Assembly (NCBI RefSeq): GCF_000015025.1
Contig: NC_008578.1
Coordinates: 60,001 to 92,000, forward strand
Direction: 5' to 3'
DNA: 32,000 nucleotides
Source of the DNA: Acidothermus cellulolyticus 11B
Lineage (GTDB): Bacteria > Actinomycetota > Actinomycetes > Acidothermales > Acidothermaceae
Shown here one piece after another: positions 16,202 to 25,641 of this stretch. The translations under genes and the position numbers were made by a program. Position 1 is the first letter of the stretch, and each line of letters starts with the position of its first letter. The notes beneath the pieces are model-generated. The model made no database searches. It had not been told where the DNA came from and saw nothing but the letters and a program-made list of their open reading frames with translations.

Positions 16202-17826
16202 AAGTTCACGCCCAGCTCCTGCCAGCGCGGACCCTGGGCCGCCAACCGGAGCCGGTACTCCTGCCAGGATCGCTCGGATTGCGGCGTCCAACCGATTTCC
16301 GCAATGCCGGCCATCCGCGGCCAGGCGAGGTACTCGATATCGGCCATCGTCCGGATGGTCTCGCTCCACAACGGCGCCTCCACCCCCAGCACATCGCCGT
16401 CTGGAGCGATCATGGTTGGGTCCCAGGCATAGGCTTCTGCGACGCTCACCGGCCCGGCCCACGTGAGTCCGAGCCGGCTCGTCGCGGTGTATTTCTGGTC
16501 AAGGTAGGCGTGATCCGCTGGTGCCGCAACAAGGCGCATGCCACGGGCCAGAGCTTGGCGGGCGGACGCCATGCCGTCGCGGAAATTCCAGTACTCCGCT
16601 ACCGCCGATGCGTCGAGTGAGCCCTTGGCGATTTCCGCCCAACCCATGAGAGTCTTGCCATGCGCCTCAACGATCGCCTGAGCTTTCTGCACAAACGCCG
16701 CATACTCGGACGGCGGTGTGCTCATCGCTTCATCACCGCCGAGGTGGATGTACGGTCCGGGGGTGAGTGCGGCCAGCTCGCCGACCACATCGTCGACGAA
16801 TTGATACACCGTCGGGTTGCTGATGCAGAGCGAACTGAAACCGACGCCGGTGCCGGTGTAGGGGCGGATCGGCTTACCGGAGCAAGCCAATTGCGGATAT
16901 GCGACGAGGGCGGCGTTGACGTGGCCGGGTGTCTCAATTTCCGGGACCACCGTTATGAAATGCGCTTGCGCGTAGGCGACGATCGCGCGGTAGTCCGCCT
17001 GGGTGTAATAACCGCCAGGCCCGCCGCCGACTTCGGTCTTTCCACCGACTGGAGCAAGTTTCGGCCAGCTGTCAATGGCGATCCGCCATCCCTGGTCGTC
17101 GCTGAGGTGCAGGTGGAGCACATTGACCTTGTACAAAGCCAGTTCGTCGATGTACCGCTCGACGTCTGCAACCGGGAAGAAATGTCTGGCCACATCAAGC
17201 ATCGCGCCGCGATACGCGAATCTGGGGTAGTCGACGATGCGGCCGCCGATCATGTGCCACGGACCGGGCTGCGGCGTGCGTGCCTCAATGCGTGCGGGCA
17301 GCAGTTGGCGAATGGTTTGGATGCCGTGGAAGAGCCCCTCCGGGGTACGGGCGACGAGGCGTACCGCGTCGCGGGTGATGGAGAGGTCATAGCCTTCCGT
17401 GCCGAGCTGCGGTTCGGTGTTGTCAAGCGCCAGCAGGAACGCGTTCGCCGGCGCGGTCGGCGCGGTGTCAATCGGAAGCGAAAAACCGGTGGCTGGGCGG
17501 AGTGCGGCGGCGAGGTCGTCAGCTATCGGCTCGAGGGTGTGGTCTGGGCCGATCCAGATCCGGGTTGCTGGGCTGAGCTGAAACGTCTCCGCCGGGTCGC
17601 TCTCCGCGAGCGCCGGCAGAGGCACAAGCCCTTTGGTGATTGCCCCGCCGCTCACCGCGGGACCGGGCCACGGCAGGGGCGACGCGGTAACCGCGGGCGA
17701 GCTCGGCGCGGCCGAAGCCGGCGGGAGCGTGTGATCAGGGTTGGTCACCGGTTGCGGCGTGCACCCGGTCACCGCGACGCCGACTGCGCAGAGCCCCATC
17801 CGGAACCATGCCAGCTTTGATCGCAT
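16150..17826 (-). CDS. GH20 beta-N-acetylhexosaminidase lipoprotein
   Basis: ATG 17826. Lipobox VAVTGC. GH20 catalytic region HLHLSDDQGWR, and GGDE. Overlaps the macro gene end by 52 nt (convergent). Confidence 0.85.
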   Translation of the reverse strand: MRSKLAWFRMGLCAVGVAVTGCTPQPVTNPDHTLPPASAAPSSPAVTASPLPWPGPAVSGGAITKGLVPLPALAESDPAETFQLSPATRIWIGPDHTLEPIADDLAAALRPATGFSLPIDTAPTAPANAFLLALDNTEPQLGTEGYDLSITRDAVRLVARTPEGLFHGIQTIRQLLPARIEARTPQPGPWHMIGGRIVDYPRFAYRGAMLDVARHFFPVADVERYIDELALYKVNVLHLHLSDDQGWRIAIDSWPKLAPVGGKTEVGGGPGGYYTQADYRAIVAYAQAHFITVVPEIETPGHVNAALVAYPQLACSGKPIRPYTGTGVGFSSLCISNPTVYQFVDDVVGELAALTPGPYIHLGGDEAMSTPPSEYAAFVQKAQAIVEAHGKTLMGWAEIAKGSLDASAVAEYWNFRDGMASARQALARGMRLVAAPADHAYLDQKYTATSRLGLTWAGPVSVAEAYAWDPTMIAPDGDVLGVEAPLWSETIRTMADIEYLAWPRMAGIAEIGWTPQSERSWQEYRLRLAAQGPRWQELGVNFYPSPEVPWPTASTNAS

Positions 17827-18011
17827 CCGCGTCTTCCCTTCGACTCCCAGCCGAGGACGCCGGCCGGCCGACGGACGTTGCGCGCCGCGGGAATGCTTTC
17901 GCCGTTCCAGTGGTTGGGCTGGTCGCAGCGTAAGGTACGTGACGCACCGTGCCACGCGTCGAGTGGTGGTCCTCGGCGGGCTGACCGCCGTCGGAACGGA
18001 GGGAAGGCACC

Positions 18012-19358
18012 GTGCCGCGTTGGCTGTCGGCTCCCGAGCATGCACGGCACCGCACGGTCGCTGCTTCGGCGGGTGCTCCGTGGACGCCGCGACGCGTCGC
18101 GATGATCGCCGTCCACACCTCGCCGCTGGAGATCCCTGGGTGTGGCGATGCCGGCGGCCTCAACGTGTACGTGGCGCAAATCGCCCGGCGGTTGGCATCC
18201 CGCGGTATTGACGTTGACGTGTTCACCCGGGCCACCCGGCGGGACCTACCGCCGCAGCAACGACTCGCTCCGGGGGTCACCGTCCGCAATGTCGTCGCCG
18301 GGCCGTTGGAACCGCTGCCCAAAGACGAGCTTCCGGTGCATCTGTGTGCGTTCACCGCCGCGGTGCTTCGTGCGGAGGCGATGCGTGAACCCGGCTGGTA
18401 CGACGTCATCCACTCCCATTACTGGCTCTCCGGTGAGGTTGGCCGGGTGGCGAGCCAGCGGTGGGGGGTGCCCCTCGTCCACACCATGCACACCTTGGCG
18501 AAAGTCAAGAACGCCGCGCTCGCCGAAGGCGATGTGCCGGAACCGGGCCGACGTGTCATCGGAGAAGCCGACGTTGTCGCCGCCGCGGATCGGCTGGTGA
18601 CTAACACCTGGACTGAGGCGAGGCAGCTCGTTGACCTTTACGGCGCCGAGCCCGATCGGATCCGCGTGGTACCGCCCGGCGTCGAAACGGCGATCTTCCG
18701 GCCCGGTGACAGCGCCCGGGCTCGCCGTCGGCTGGGCCTTCCCATCGACGGGTGCGTCGTCTTGTTCGTGGGACGCCTCCAACCGCTCAAAGGGCCGGAC
18801 ATCGCGGTTCGCGCCGCAGCCGAATTTCTCTCCACCCATCCGGGAATGCGTTCGACGTTCCGCCTCGTCATTGTGGGAGGTCCGAGCGGGTCGCGCAGCA
18901 CGGAGCCGGAACGGTTGCGCGCGCTCGCTGCCGATCTCGGGGTTGCCGATGCCGTCATTTTCGCCCCTCCGATGCCGCCGGATAGGCTCGTCGAGTTCTA
19001 TCGCGCCGCGACGGTGACGATTGTTCCGTCCCACAGCGAATCGTTTGGCTTGGTGGCACTGGAATCGCAAGCCTGCGGCACGCCGGTGGTGGCCGCCCGG
19101 GTCGGCGGTCTGACGACGGCGGTGCGGGACGGCGAGAGCGGTCTGCTCGTCGACGGCCACGACCCCGCGAGGTACGCCGGCGCAATCGGCCGCCTTCTCG
19201 ACCCGGGTCTGCGGGCCGAGCTCGTCCGCGGCGCGGTCGCTCACGCCATGCGGTTTCACTGGGACAACACCGTCGAGGGCATTCTGGGCGTGTACCGGGA
19301 TGCCCTGGCTGAGCGCCGGACCGCGGCGACACAGCGGCTGGCGAGCCGCGTGGGCTAG
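18012..19358 (+). CDS. mshA: D-inositol-3-phosphate glycosyltransferase (mycothiol biosynthesis)
   Basis: RRVAMIAVHTSPLEIPGCGDAGGLNVYV and the GT4 C-terminal E-x7-E region. GTG 18012 with GGAGGGAAGG upstream. The N-terminal boundary is less certain. Confidence 0.9.
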   Translation: MPRWLSAPEHARHRTVAASAGAPWTPRRVAMIAVHTSPLEIPGCGDAGGLNVYVAQIARRLASRGIDVDVFTRATRRDLPPQQRLAPGVTVRNVVAGPLEPLPKDELPVHLCAFTAAVLRAEAMREPGWYDVIHSHYWLSGEVGRVASQRWGVPLVHTMHTLAKVKNAALAEGDVPEPGRRVIGEADVVAAADRLVTNTWTEARQLVDLYGAEPDRIRVVPPGVETAIFRPGDSARARRRLGLPIDGCVVLFVGRLQPLKGPDIAVRAAAEFLSTHPGMRSTFRLVIVGGPSGSRSTEPERLRALAADLGVADAVIFAPPMPPDRLVEFYRAATVTIVPSHSESFGLVALESQACGTPVVAARVGGLTTAVRDGESGLLVDGHDPARYAGAIGRLLDPGLRAELVRGAVAHAMRFHWDNTVEGILGVYRDALAERRTAATQRLASRVG

Positions 19359-19462
19359 GTCAACCCCGGACCTGTGCTGTGTGCGGGGGCGCGGTGACCC
19401 GACGGTCCGACGTCCTGTGCGGTGGCTGGGTCAACCCCGCGGACCTGGGCTCTGTGCTGCGG
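19358..19462 (+). repeat. imperfect ~30-nt direct repeat GGTCAACCCCG(C)GGACCTG..CTGTGCTG(T/C)G
   Basis: Copies at 19358-19386 and 19429-19462, between mshA and the small HTH gene. Confidence 0.7.
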
Positions 19463-19547
19463 CAAGCCGTGCGGTCTAAGGGAATTCTCATCGCATGACC
19501 GGCGGGAGGACGTGGCGATCAACGGCGTTCCGTGTCACTATGCCGGA

Positions 19548-19778
19548 ATGGAGCACATTCCCTTCCTTCGTCGTGGGCAGCGTCTCTCCGGTCGGGAGCG
19601 TCTCGACGTCGGGTACTACCTCCTGCAGCGGTACCGCGACGGCAAGAGCATTCGCGAAATCTGCCGCGAAACCGGATACAGCATCGGCCGGGTCCGCCGA
19701 TTGCTCATCGATGCGGGTGTGCAGTTCCGCCGCAGGGGTGGCGCACGCCGGCGTCCGGCCACGGAGACCGGCTCCTGA
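19548..19778 (+). CDS. small helix-turn-helix domain protein
   Basis: 76 aa from ATG 19548; KSIREICRETGYSIGRVRRLLIDAG is HTH-like. The start is chosen by homology-style reasoning only. Confidence 0.55.
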   Translation: MEHIPFLRRGQRLSGRERLDVGYYLLQRYRDGKSIREICRETGYSIGRVRRLLIDAGVQFRRRGGARRRPATETGS

Positions 19779-19932
19779 CCGGACGCGCCGGACGGCAATC
19801 CCGGACCGGACCGTGACCTAGCGGTCGGGCACGGGCGGCCAGGCCCCAGCCCGACGCTTGCGGACTATTGCCGTGCCGGATGGGCGGCAGGCCGGCGGCT
19901 GGGCGAGCGGATCTGTCTGGCAGGCTACGGGT

Positions 19933-20691
19933 ATGCGTGATGGACAACCCGGAGCCCTCATCTTGTTGCGGCATGGCGAAAGCGAGTGGAACGCCACCAA
20001 TCAGTTCACCGGTTGGGTCGACGTCGACCTGTCGCCGAAGGGAGAGCAGGAGGCTGCGGCGGCCGGCCGGATGTTGGCTGAGCGCGCCGAGCGCCCCGAC
20101 ATCGTTCACACCTCGGTGTTGCGCCGCGCCATCCGGACGGCGAATATCGCCTTGGACGCCGCCGGCTGGTCGTGGCTGCCGGTTCGCCGGAGTTGGCGGC
20201 TGAACGAGCGGCACTATGGCGCGCTGCAGGGCAAGGACAAAAAAGCCACCCTGCAGGCTTTCGGCGAGGAGCAATTCATGCTCTGGCGGCGGTCCTACGA
20301 CGTGCCGCCGCCGCCGATCGCGGACGACGATCCGTACGCGCAGACCGGGGATCCCCGCTATGCCGAGCTGCCGGCCGAATTGTTACCGAAGACCGAGTGC
20401 CTCAAGGACGTCGTTGTGCGGCTCCTGCCGTACTGGTATGACGCCATCGTGCCGGATCTGCTCGCCGGCAAGGACGTCCTCGTCGTGGCTCACGGGAATT
20501 CGTTGCGGGCGCTGGTCAAACACCTCGACCAGATGTCGGACGCCGACGTCGTCGGACTGAACATTCCCACCGGCATTCCGCTCGTGTACCGCTTTGACGC
20601 AACGCTGCGTCCGCAGGTCCGCGGCGGGGAATACCTCGATCCCGAAGCGGCGGCGGCCGCGGCAGCGGCCGTCGCCAATCAAGGCCGATAG
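19933..20691 (+). CDS. gpmA: 2,3-bisphosphoglycerate-dependent phosphoglycerate mutase
   Basis: [24 protein letters not shown], and HGNSLRAL motifs. ATG 19933. Confidence 0.92.
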   Translation: MRDGQPGALILLRHGESEWNATNQFTGWVDVDLSPKGEQEAAAAGRMLAERAERPDIVHTSVLRRAIRTANIALDAAGWSWLPVRRSWRLNERHYGALQGKDKKATLQAFGEEQFMLWRRSYDVPPPPIADDDPYAQTGDPRYAELPAELLPKTECLKDVVVRLLPYWYDAIVPDLLAGKDVLVVAHGNSLRALVKHLDQMSDADVVGLNIPTGIPLVYRFDATLRPQVRGGEYLDPEAAAAAAAAVANQGR

Positions 20692-20860
20692 TCCCGGCTC
20701 CTCCGATGTGGTGAACGGTCGTCGTCCGCCGCAGCCGTCAGCGACGCTCTGGTGCCTCGGCCGCGGCATGCCATCGTCCCGTCGACGATAGGGCGCTAGG
20801 TCCGGGCAGCGACGCGTGCGTCCTCCGGCGACGCTTTGGATAGCCTGCGCGCCGGTGTGG

Positions 20861-21481
20861 TCAACTCGTCGCGGAGGACGTCGGCGTAGTTTCAGGCGCC
20901 GAGGTGGCTGACGGCGTGGTCTCAGGCGCGTTAGACGGGGACGCGGCAATGTCCGGCGGAGGACTGGGCAGGAACGTCCCAGCGGCCGCCGCGCCGATCA
21001 CCGGTACCAGCAGGCCGGTCACCGGGCCGTTGATGCGGAAGTCGAGAGAAACATCGACCGTCTCCCCTGCCCGCAGTTCGGTGTCAAGCGGCCCGATCAA
21101 GACCGTGATTCGTTCCACCCCCGGCTGTACCGAGGCGGCCGGTGGAATCGTCGGCGAGCCAAGCGGGCTGGCGCTTCCGACTGGCGTCGGCGCGCCGCGA
21201 CCGGTCACCGTGACCCCGACGAGCGTATCGGGCCGGGAGCCATGGTTGATCACACTGAACTGCACGTACGCGAAGGTCCCAGCCGGTGCGACATCGTCGT
21301 TCGGCAGCAGAATTTGTGCATCGCGCACGAGGAGTTGTGCAGAGACGTCGGTTGCCGCTGCTTGGAAGTTGGCAATTGCGTTCTCCAGTGGCGCGTTTGC
21401 GCCCGTCTCGCAAGCCGTGAGCGCAGTCGCCAGCAGCAGCAGGCAGAATCCGCCGAGGATGCGGCGAGCCGATCGGTGCAC
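20861..21481 (-). CDS. lipoprotein, PCu(A)C/DUF461-like (LpqE-like) fold but without His/Met copper ligands
   Basis: Lipobox LTAC. AYVQFSVINHGSRPDTLVG and LRAGETVDVSLDFRINGPVTGLLVPV follow the PCu(A)C beta-sandwich pattern. Thr/Pro/Ser-rich repeat tail. Confidence 0.6.
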   Translation of the reverse strand: MHRSARRILGGFCLLLLATALTACETGANAPLENAIANFQAAATDVSAQLLVRDAQILLPNDDVAPAGTFAYVQFSVINHGSRPDTLVGVTVTGRGAPTPVGSASPLGSPTIPPAASVQPGVERITVLIGPLDTELRAGETVDVSLDFRINGPVTGLLVPVIGAAAAGTFLPSPPPDIAASPSNAPETTPSATSAPETTPTSSATS

Positions 21482-21490
21482 GGCGGAAGC

Positions 21491-22240
21491 TTATCCACCC
21501 GCCTGAGCTGCCGAACTCCCGGGTTGCCGCAGGGTCGCCAGGGTTGGACCGAGCGTGGTTGCGGCGGTGAAATCCGGAATGATCTTCGCGATGACGCCGT
21601 CGGCATGTACGGCGATGACGGTGAGCGGCGAAGCCCGATATTCACCGGTCAACACGCCGGCGGGGTCGACGACGGGCACCACGGTCGGACCGAGCCGTTG
21701 CGCGGTGGAGAGCAGCCAGGTGCGCTCGCCCGCGCCGCCGACGAGGAAAACGGTGAGGCGGTTGATCGCAGCCGCGTTGACCAACCGTTCCAAGGCGACC
21801 GTGCACTGGCAACGGCCGGGAACGATGGCAAAGACGCCGGGCCGCAAATCCCGTGTCCCGGTCGGCCCGCTCGTGGAGACCAGCAGCGCATCGGGGAGCA
21901 ATCCGCCGACGTGACCCACCGGTGCCTGCGGCGAGGCGAGCGCCAGAGCGATCGGCGGTGGGCTCGGCCGCGTGCCGCCGGGGACCAGGACGCCGATGAT
22001 GGTCGTCGCGATCGCGAAAACGACGAGAGCAAACACGGCGACGGGGACGATGAGACGCCGCCGGCGCAGCCAGTCGATGAGCAGCCATCGCTCCAACCGG
22101 CGGCGGCGTCGCTGCCAGCGTTGCTCACGTCGCCACGCCTCCAGGTCGCGCTCAAGCTCGCGCGCGTCGTCCGGGACGACGATCGGCTCGTCACTCGGAC
22201 CGGTCAACCCGGAAGAATCTGATGATTCGGACGGTCCCAT
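21491..22240 (-). CDS. membrane-anchored thioredoxin-fold (TlpA/Sco-like) protein with CxC in place of CxxC
   Basis: ATG 22240. Arg-rich cytoplasmic N-terminus and one TM (LIVPVAVFALVVFAIATTIIGVLV). The extracytoplasmic domain fits the TlpA pattern: RPGVFAIVPGRCQCTVALERL, LTVFLVG, VVPVVDPAGVL, SPLTVIAVHADGVI. Sits 9 nt upstream of the lipoprotein gene. Confidence 0.55.
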   Translation of the reverse strand: MGPSESSDSSGLTGPSDEPIVVPDDARELERDLEAWRREQRWQRRRRRLERWLLIDWLRRRRLIVPVAVFALVVFAIATTIIGVLVPGGTRPSPPPIALALASPQAPVGHVGGLLPDALLVSTSGPTGTRDLRPGVFAIVPGRCQCTVALERLVNAAAINRLTVFLVGGAGERTWLLSTAQRLGPTVVPVVDPAGVLTGEYRASPLTVIAVHADGVIAKIIPDFTAATTLGPTLATLRQPGSSAAQAGG

Positions 22241-22471
22241 CGCTTCAGTATCCGCTCTCCCGGCACCCGATTGGGTGATGTGGACCGCGGTCTGGGTGTT
22301 CCGCGGTTCCCGCAGCTGTCGAAAAACAGGAAACCATTGCCAACCGGCGCGGATAGGCCGTCCGCTGCTCTGGGGGGAACGGTGTTCTCTCGCGTCGTCA
22401 TGGTGGCGTGAAGGATGCGACCGTCCGCTGCCCAGGAGAACGAACCGACTGAGCCGATCGACCACGCGTGG

Positions 22472-22477
22472 TATCCT
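22472..22477 (+). promoter_or_regulatory. putative carD -10 element (TGgTATCCT, extended -10 like)
   Basis: TATCCT lies 27 nt upstream of ATG 22505, with GGAAGGGG SD in between. Confidence 0.3.
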
Positions 22478-22504
22478 CTACACAGCGGAAGGGGTTTATG
22501 CCAT

Positions 22505-22987
22505 ATGACTTTCAAGGTTGGCGAGACGGTCGTCTACCCCCACCACGGGGCCGCACTGATCGAAGCAATCGAAACGCGGGTCATTAACGGCCAGGAGAAG
22601 ACGTATCTGGTCTTGAAGGTCGCCCAGGGTGACCTTACCGTCCGCGTTCCTGCGGAAAATGCCGAATTCGTCGGGGTTCGCGACGTGGTGAGCCAAGACG
22701 GTCTTGACCGTGTCTTCGAAGTGCTTCGCGCTCCCCACACCGAGGAGCCGACCAACTGGTCCCGCCGGTACAAGGCCAACCTGGAGAAGCTTGCCTCGGG
22801 CGACGTCAACAAGGTCGCGGAGGTTGTCCGAGATCTCTGGCGTCGTGATCGAGACCGTGGACTTTCGGCTGGCGAGAAGCGGATGCTCGCGAAGGCGCGG
22901 CAGATTCTTGTCAGCGAACTTGCGCTGGCCGAAGGCACGAACGAAGACAAGGCTGAGGCGATCCTCGACGAGGTGCTCGGTTCCTAG
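22505..22987 (+). CDS. carD: CarD RNA-polymerase-binding transcription regulator
   Basis: [25 protein letters not shown]...[18 protein letters not shown], the canonical CarD sequence pattern. Confidence 0.92.
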   Translation: MTFKVGETVVYPHHGAALIEAIETRVINGQEKTYLVLKVAQGDLTVRVPAENAEFVGVRDVVSQDGLDRVFEVLRAPHTEEPTNWSRRYKANLEKLASGDVNKVAEVVRDLWRRDRDRGLSAGEKRMLAKARQILVSELALAEGTNEDKAEAILDEVLGS

Positions 22988-23047
22988 CCTTCGGGCCTGT
23001 TCTCCACCCCTTTAGGGGTTGCACCGACACGGCTGACCTGATCAAGG

Positions 23048-23072
23048 CCCGTCACGCTGTTGCGACGGGTTT
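23048..23072 (+). terminator. weak intrinsic-terminator-like hairpin after carD
   Basis: CCCGTC...GACGGG stem followed by TTTCC. A smaller ACCCC-TTTA-GGGGT hairpin is at 23004-23017. Confidence 0.3.
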
Positions 23073-23231
23073 CCGCGCGCCTCATCGCCGTGACCAGGTC
23101 TCATCGCCCTGACGCGGTGCGATGTTTGCTGCGGTTACGCCGTTCAGCGGACGGCGCCGATGCCGACCTCTATCATGAGGCGGCGCTTCGCTCTCGGCGG
23201 GCGCCCCCGCCAACTTCTCGTGGAGCGAGTC

Positions 23232-24389
23232 ATGCGGTCCGGTGCCAACCGTTCACCGAAGACGCCGAGTGGCGTGGTCGAGGTGCTGCGGCTTCTTGTC
23301 GTCGCGTTCTTCGCCGGAGTCGGGTACGAAGCCGCGCGGGCTGTCGGGGACTCGCATAACGTCCTTGGGCCGTTCAACGGCGCAGCCATCGGCATCATCG
23401 TCGGCTCCGGACTCGGCTACGTGCTCGGCGGCGTGCTCGGCCGCACCGCGATTTCCGCGGTAAGCCGGACCGAGGAGGCGCTCCGGGGGGTGTCGGCCGA
23501 GCACCTGGTGGCCGGCGTCTTCGGCGGCATGCTCGGAGTCGCGGTCGGCGCCGGACTGGCGTGGCCGGTCTTCCTCGTCCTCAAGCCGCTCTTCGCGTTG
23601 CCGCTCTTCGGCTTCGCGGTTGCGGTTGTTGGACTGCTCGGCTACCGGCTCGGATCGGCGCGCCGCGACGACATGCTCCGAATCTTCGCCATCCGGGCGG
23701 GCCTCCGGCCGAAGGCCGTGCCGACTGCCGCCCTGCCGCGACTCCTGGACACCTCGGTAGCGATCGACGGCCGGATCGTGGACGTCGTCCGCGCTGGTTT
23801 CCTGCACGGCACCCTGCTGGTGCCCACCGCTGTGCTCGGTGAACTGCAGGCGCTCGCCGACGCCGCCGATGACCTGCGCCGGGCGAAGGGCCGCCGGGGT
23901 CTGCAGACCCTCGAAACGCTGGCGCATGAGCCGGACGTCGACATCCAGATCCTGGAGGACGACCTGCCGACCGTTCCGGACGTCGACGCAAAGCTGGTTC
24001 GGCTTGCACTGGATGGGGATTACGCCCTGCTCACGCTGGACACCAACCTTGCGCGGGTCGCCGCGCTTGCCGGGGTGCACGTCATGAATCTGCACGCGCT
24101 CGCGTTGGCCCTGCGGCCGCCGGTGGTCGCGGGTGAAGATGTCGTCGTGCACTTGCTTCGGCCGGGAAAGGAACCGGGCCAAGCCGTCGGCTATCTGGAC
24201 GACGGGACGATGGTCGTGGCCGAGCGGTGCCGTGATCGGATCGGCCAGGAGGTCACCGTGCGGGTCACGAGCGTCCTGACGACCGCGAACGGCCGCATGG
24301 TCTTCGGGCATCCCGCGTCGCACTCGCCGAACGGCGCTCTCCACGCCACCGACAGTCAGTCCGCGGCCATCCGGGACGGCGTCACGTGA
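23232..24389 (+). CDS. PIN/TRAM-domain membrane protein (YacL-like)
   Basis: ATG 23232 (GGAGCGAG upstream). Four N-terminal TM helices, a PIN domain (LLDTSVAIDGRI..., LDTNL), and a C-terminal TRAM-like segment. Conserved position between carD and ispD. Confidence 0.85.
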   Translation: MRSGANRSPKTPSGVVEVLRLLVVAFFAGVGYEAARAVGDSHNVLGPFNGAAIGIIVGSGLGYVLGGVLGRTAISAVSRTEEALRGVSAEHLVAGVFGGMLGVAVGAGLAWPVFLVLKPLFALPLFGFAVAVVGLLGYRLGSARRDDMLRIFAIRAGLRPKAVPTAALPRLLDTSVAIDGRIVDVVRAGFLHGTLLVPTAVLGELQALADAADDLRRAKGRRGLQTLETLAHEPDVDIQILEDDLPTVPDVDAKLVRLALDGDYALLTLDTNLARVAALAGVHVMNLHALALALRPPVVAGEDVVVHLLRPGKEPGQAVGYLDDGTMVVAERCRDRIGQEVTVRVTSVLTTANGRMVFGHPASHSPNGALHATDSQSAAIRDGVT

Positions 24390-25117
24390 CCGTCGGGGCG
24401 GTTATCCCGGTGGCGGCGCCCGGTCGTACCGACATCTCGCCGGTGCATCCCATCGGCGGCGTTCCCATGATCGTGGGTGTCGTGCGTGCGCTCATCGAGG
24501 TGCTCACTGGTCCGTGCGTCGTCGTCACCGACTCCCACGTGGACGACGTACCTGCCGTGCTCGGTGCGCATCTGCCTGCCGCGCCGGGCCTGCGGGTCGT
24601 TTCGGTTGCGGCGGCGGATCGCAAGGCGATGATTGCCCACGGGTTAGCCGTCCTCGAAACCGATGTCGTCGCGGTGCAGGATGCCAACCGCCCTCTCGTT
24701 CCGGCCGAGGTCATCACCCGGGTTGTCGAAGCGGTCCGGAGCGGGGCGGATGCAGCCGTTCCCGTTGTCCCCGTGACCGATACCGTCAAGCAGGTTGACG
24801 AGCATGGGCGGGTCGTTGCCACCCTGCCTCGGGAGCAGCTCCGAGAAATCCAAGGACCCCGCGCGTTCCGCCGGGACGTCCTGCTCGCCGTGCTGCGCGG
24901 CTCCGACGACCTCGCCGGGCCGGCGGCGGAGGTTGCCGCTCTTCGGCGCAGCGGCGGGAAAGTCCAGGCTGTCGGCGGTGCAGCCGAGGCGTTCGCGGTT
25001 CGGCACGCCGTGGATGTCATCCGGGCCGAGGCCCTCCTGGCCGAGCGCCGCACGCCGTCGCCGAACCAGGCGCGGGACGCCGGGTGGCCCGCCGGCGGCC
25101 TGCGAGGTGTGCGATGA
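24386..25117 (+). CDS. ispD: IspD-family (MEP cytidylyltransferase-like) protein, divergent at catalytic positions
   Basis: GTGA overlap with the upstream gene and ATGA overlap with isp[14 protein letters not shown]...[12 protein letters not shown] resembles the IspD core. The N-terminal AAGxGxR...PK and C-terminal K(I/V)T motifs are replaced (AAPGRTD...PVHP; AFAVRH). Confidence 0.7.
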   Translation: MTVGAVIPVAAPGRTDISPVHPIGGVPMIVGVVRALIEVLTGPCVVVTDSHVDDVPAVLGAHLPAAPGLRVVSVAAADRKAMIAHGLAVLETDVVAVQDANRPLVPAEVITRVVEAVRSGADAAVPVVPVTDTVKQVDEHGRVVATLPREQLREIQGPRAFRRDVLLAVLRGSDDLAGPAAEVAALRRSGGKVQAVGGAAEAFAVRHAVDVIRAEALLAERRTPSPNQARDAGWPAGGLRGVR

Positions 25118-25599
25118 CCGCCGCGCTGCTGCCCCGGGTCGGCATCGGGGTTGACGTTCACCCGTTCAGCCCGGACCGTCCGCTCTGGTTGGCCGGGTTG
25201 CACTGGCCCGGCGAGCCGGGACTGGCCGGGCACTCCGATGCGGACGTCGTGATCCACGCACTCTGCAATGCGCTGCTCTCCGCCGCTGGCCTGGGGGATC
25301 TCGGCACGCAGTTCGGTACCGCGGAACCGGAGTGGCGGGACGCCGCGGGCACCCGGCTGCTCACCGAGACCGTGCGGTTAGTACGGGACGCCGGCTACGC
25401 CGTCGGGAACGCCGCGGTGCAGCTGCTCGGCGAGAGGCCGAAGCTGCGGGAGCGGCGCACCGAGGCGGAACAGCTGCTCACCGAGACGGTCGGTGCACCG
25501 ATCGCCCTCTCGGCCGCCACCACGGACGGCCTCGGCTTTCTCGGCCGCCGCGACGGGCTGGCCGCTGTCGCGACGGCACTAGTGTTCCCGGCCCGGTAA
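25114..25599 (+). CDS. ispF: 2-C-methyl-D-erythritol 2,4-cyclodiphosphate synthase
   Basis: [20 protein letters not shown], and [10 protein letters not shown] motifs. ATG 25114. Confidence 0.92.
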   Translation: MTAALLPRVGIGVDVHPFSPDRPLWLAGLHWPGEPGLAGHSDADVVIHALCNALLSAAGLGDLGTQFGTAEPEWRDAAGTRLLTETVRLVRDAGYAVGNAAVQLLGERPKLRERRTEAEQLLTETVGAPIALSAATTDGLGFLGRRDGLAAVATALVFPAR

Positions 25600-25641
25600 C
25601 CGGTCGCCGCCGGCGGCATTCCTCCCCGTACCCTGGGACGC

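Noticed and set aside
16660-17820. 386-aa plus-strand ORF. Similar long antisense ORFs occur at 18246-19259, 23253-24344, 24382-25257, 27953-29062, 13073-14086, 10519-11484, 15593-16462, 6190-7071 and 11505-12305.
   Set aside because: Each lies antisense to a gene with clear family motifs (GH20, MshA, PIN/TRAM, IspD, DUF4032, XRE, RsiG, macro, YgfZ, hydrolase) and has Arg/Gly/Pro-biased composition. These are GC-rich shadow ORFs.
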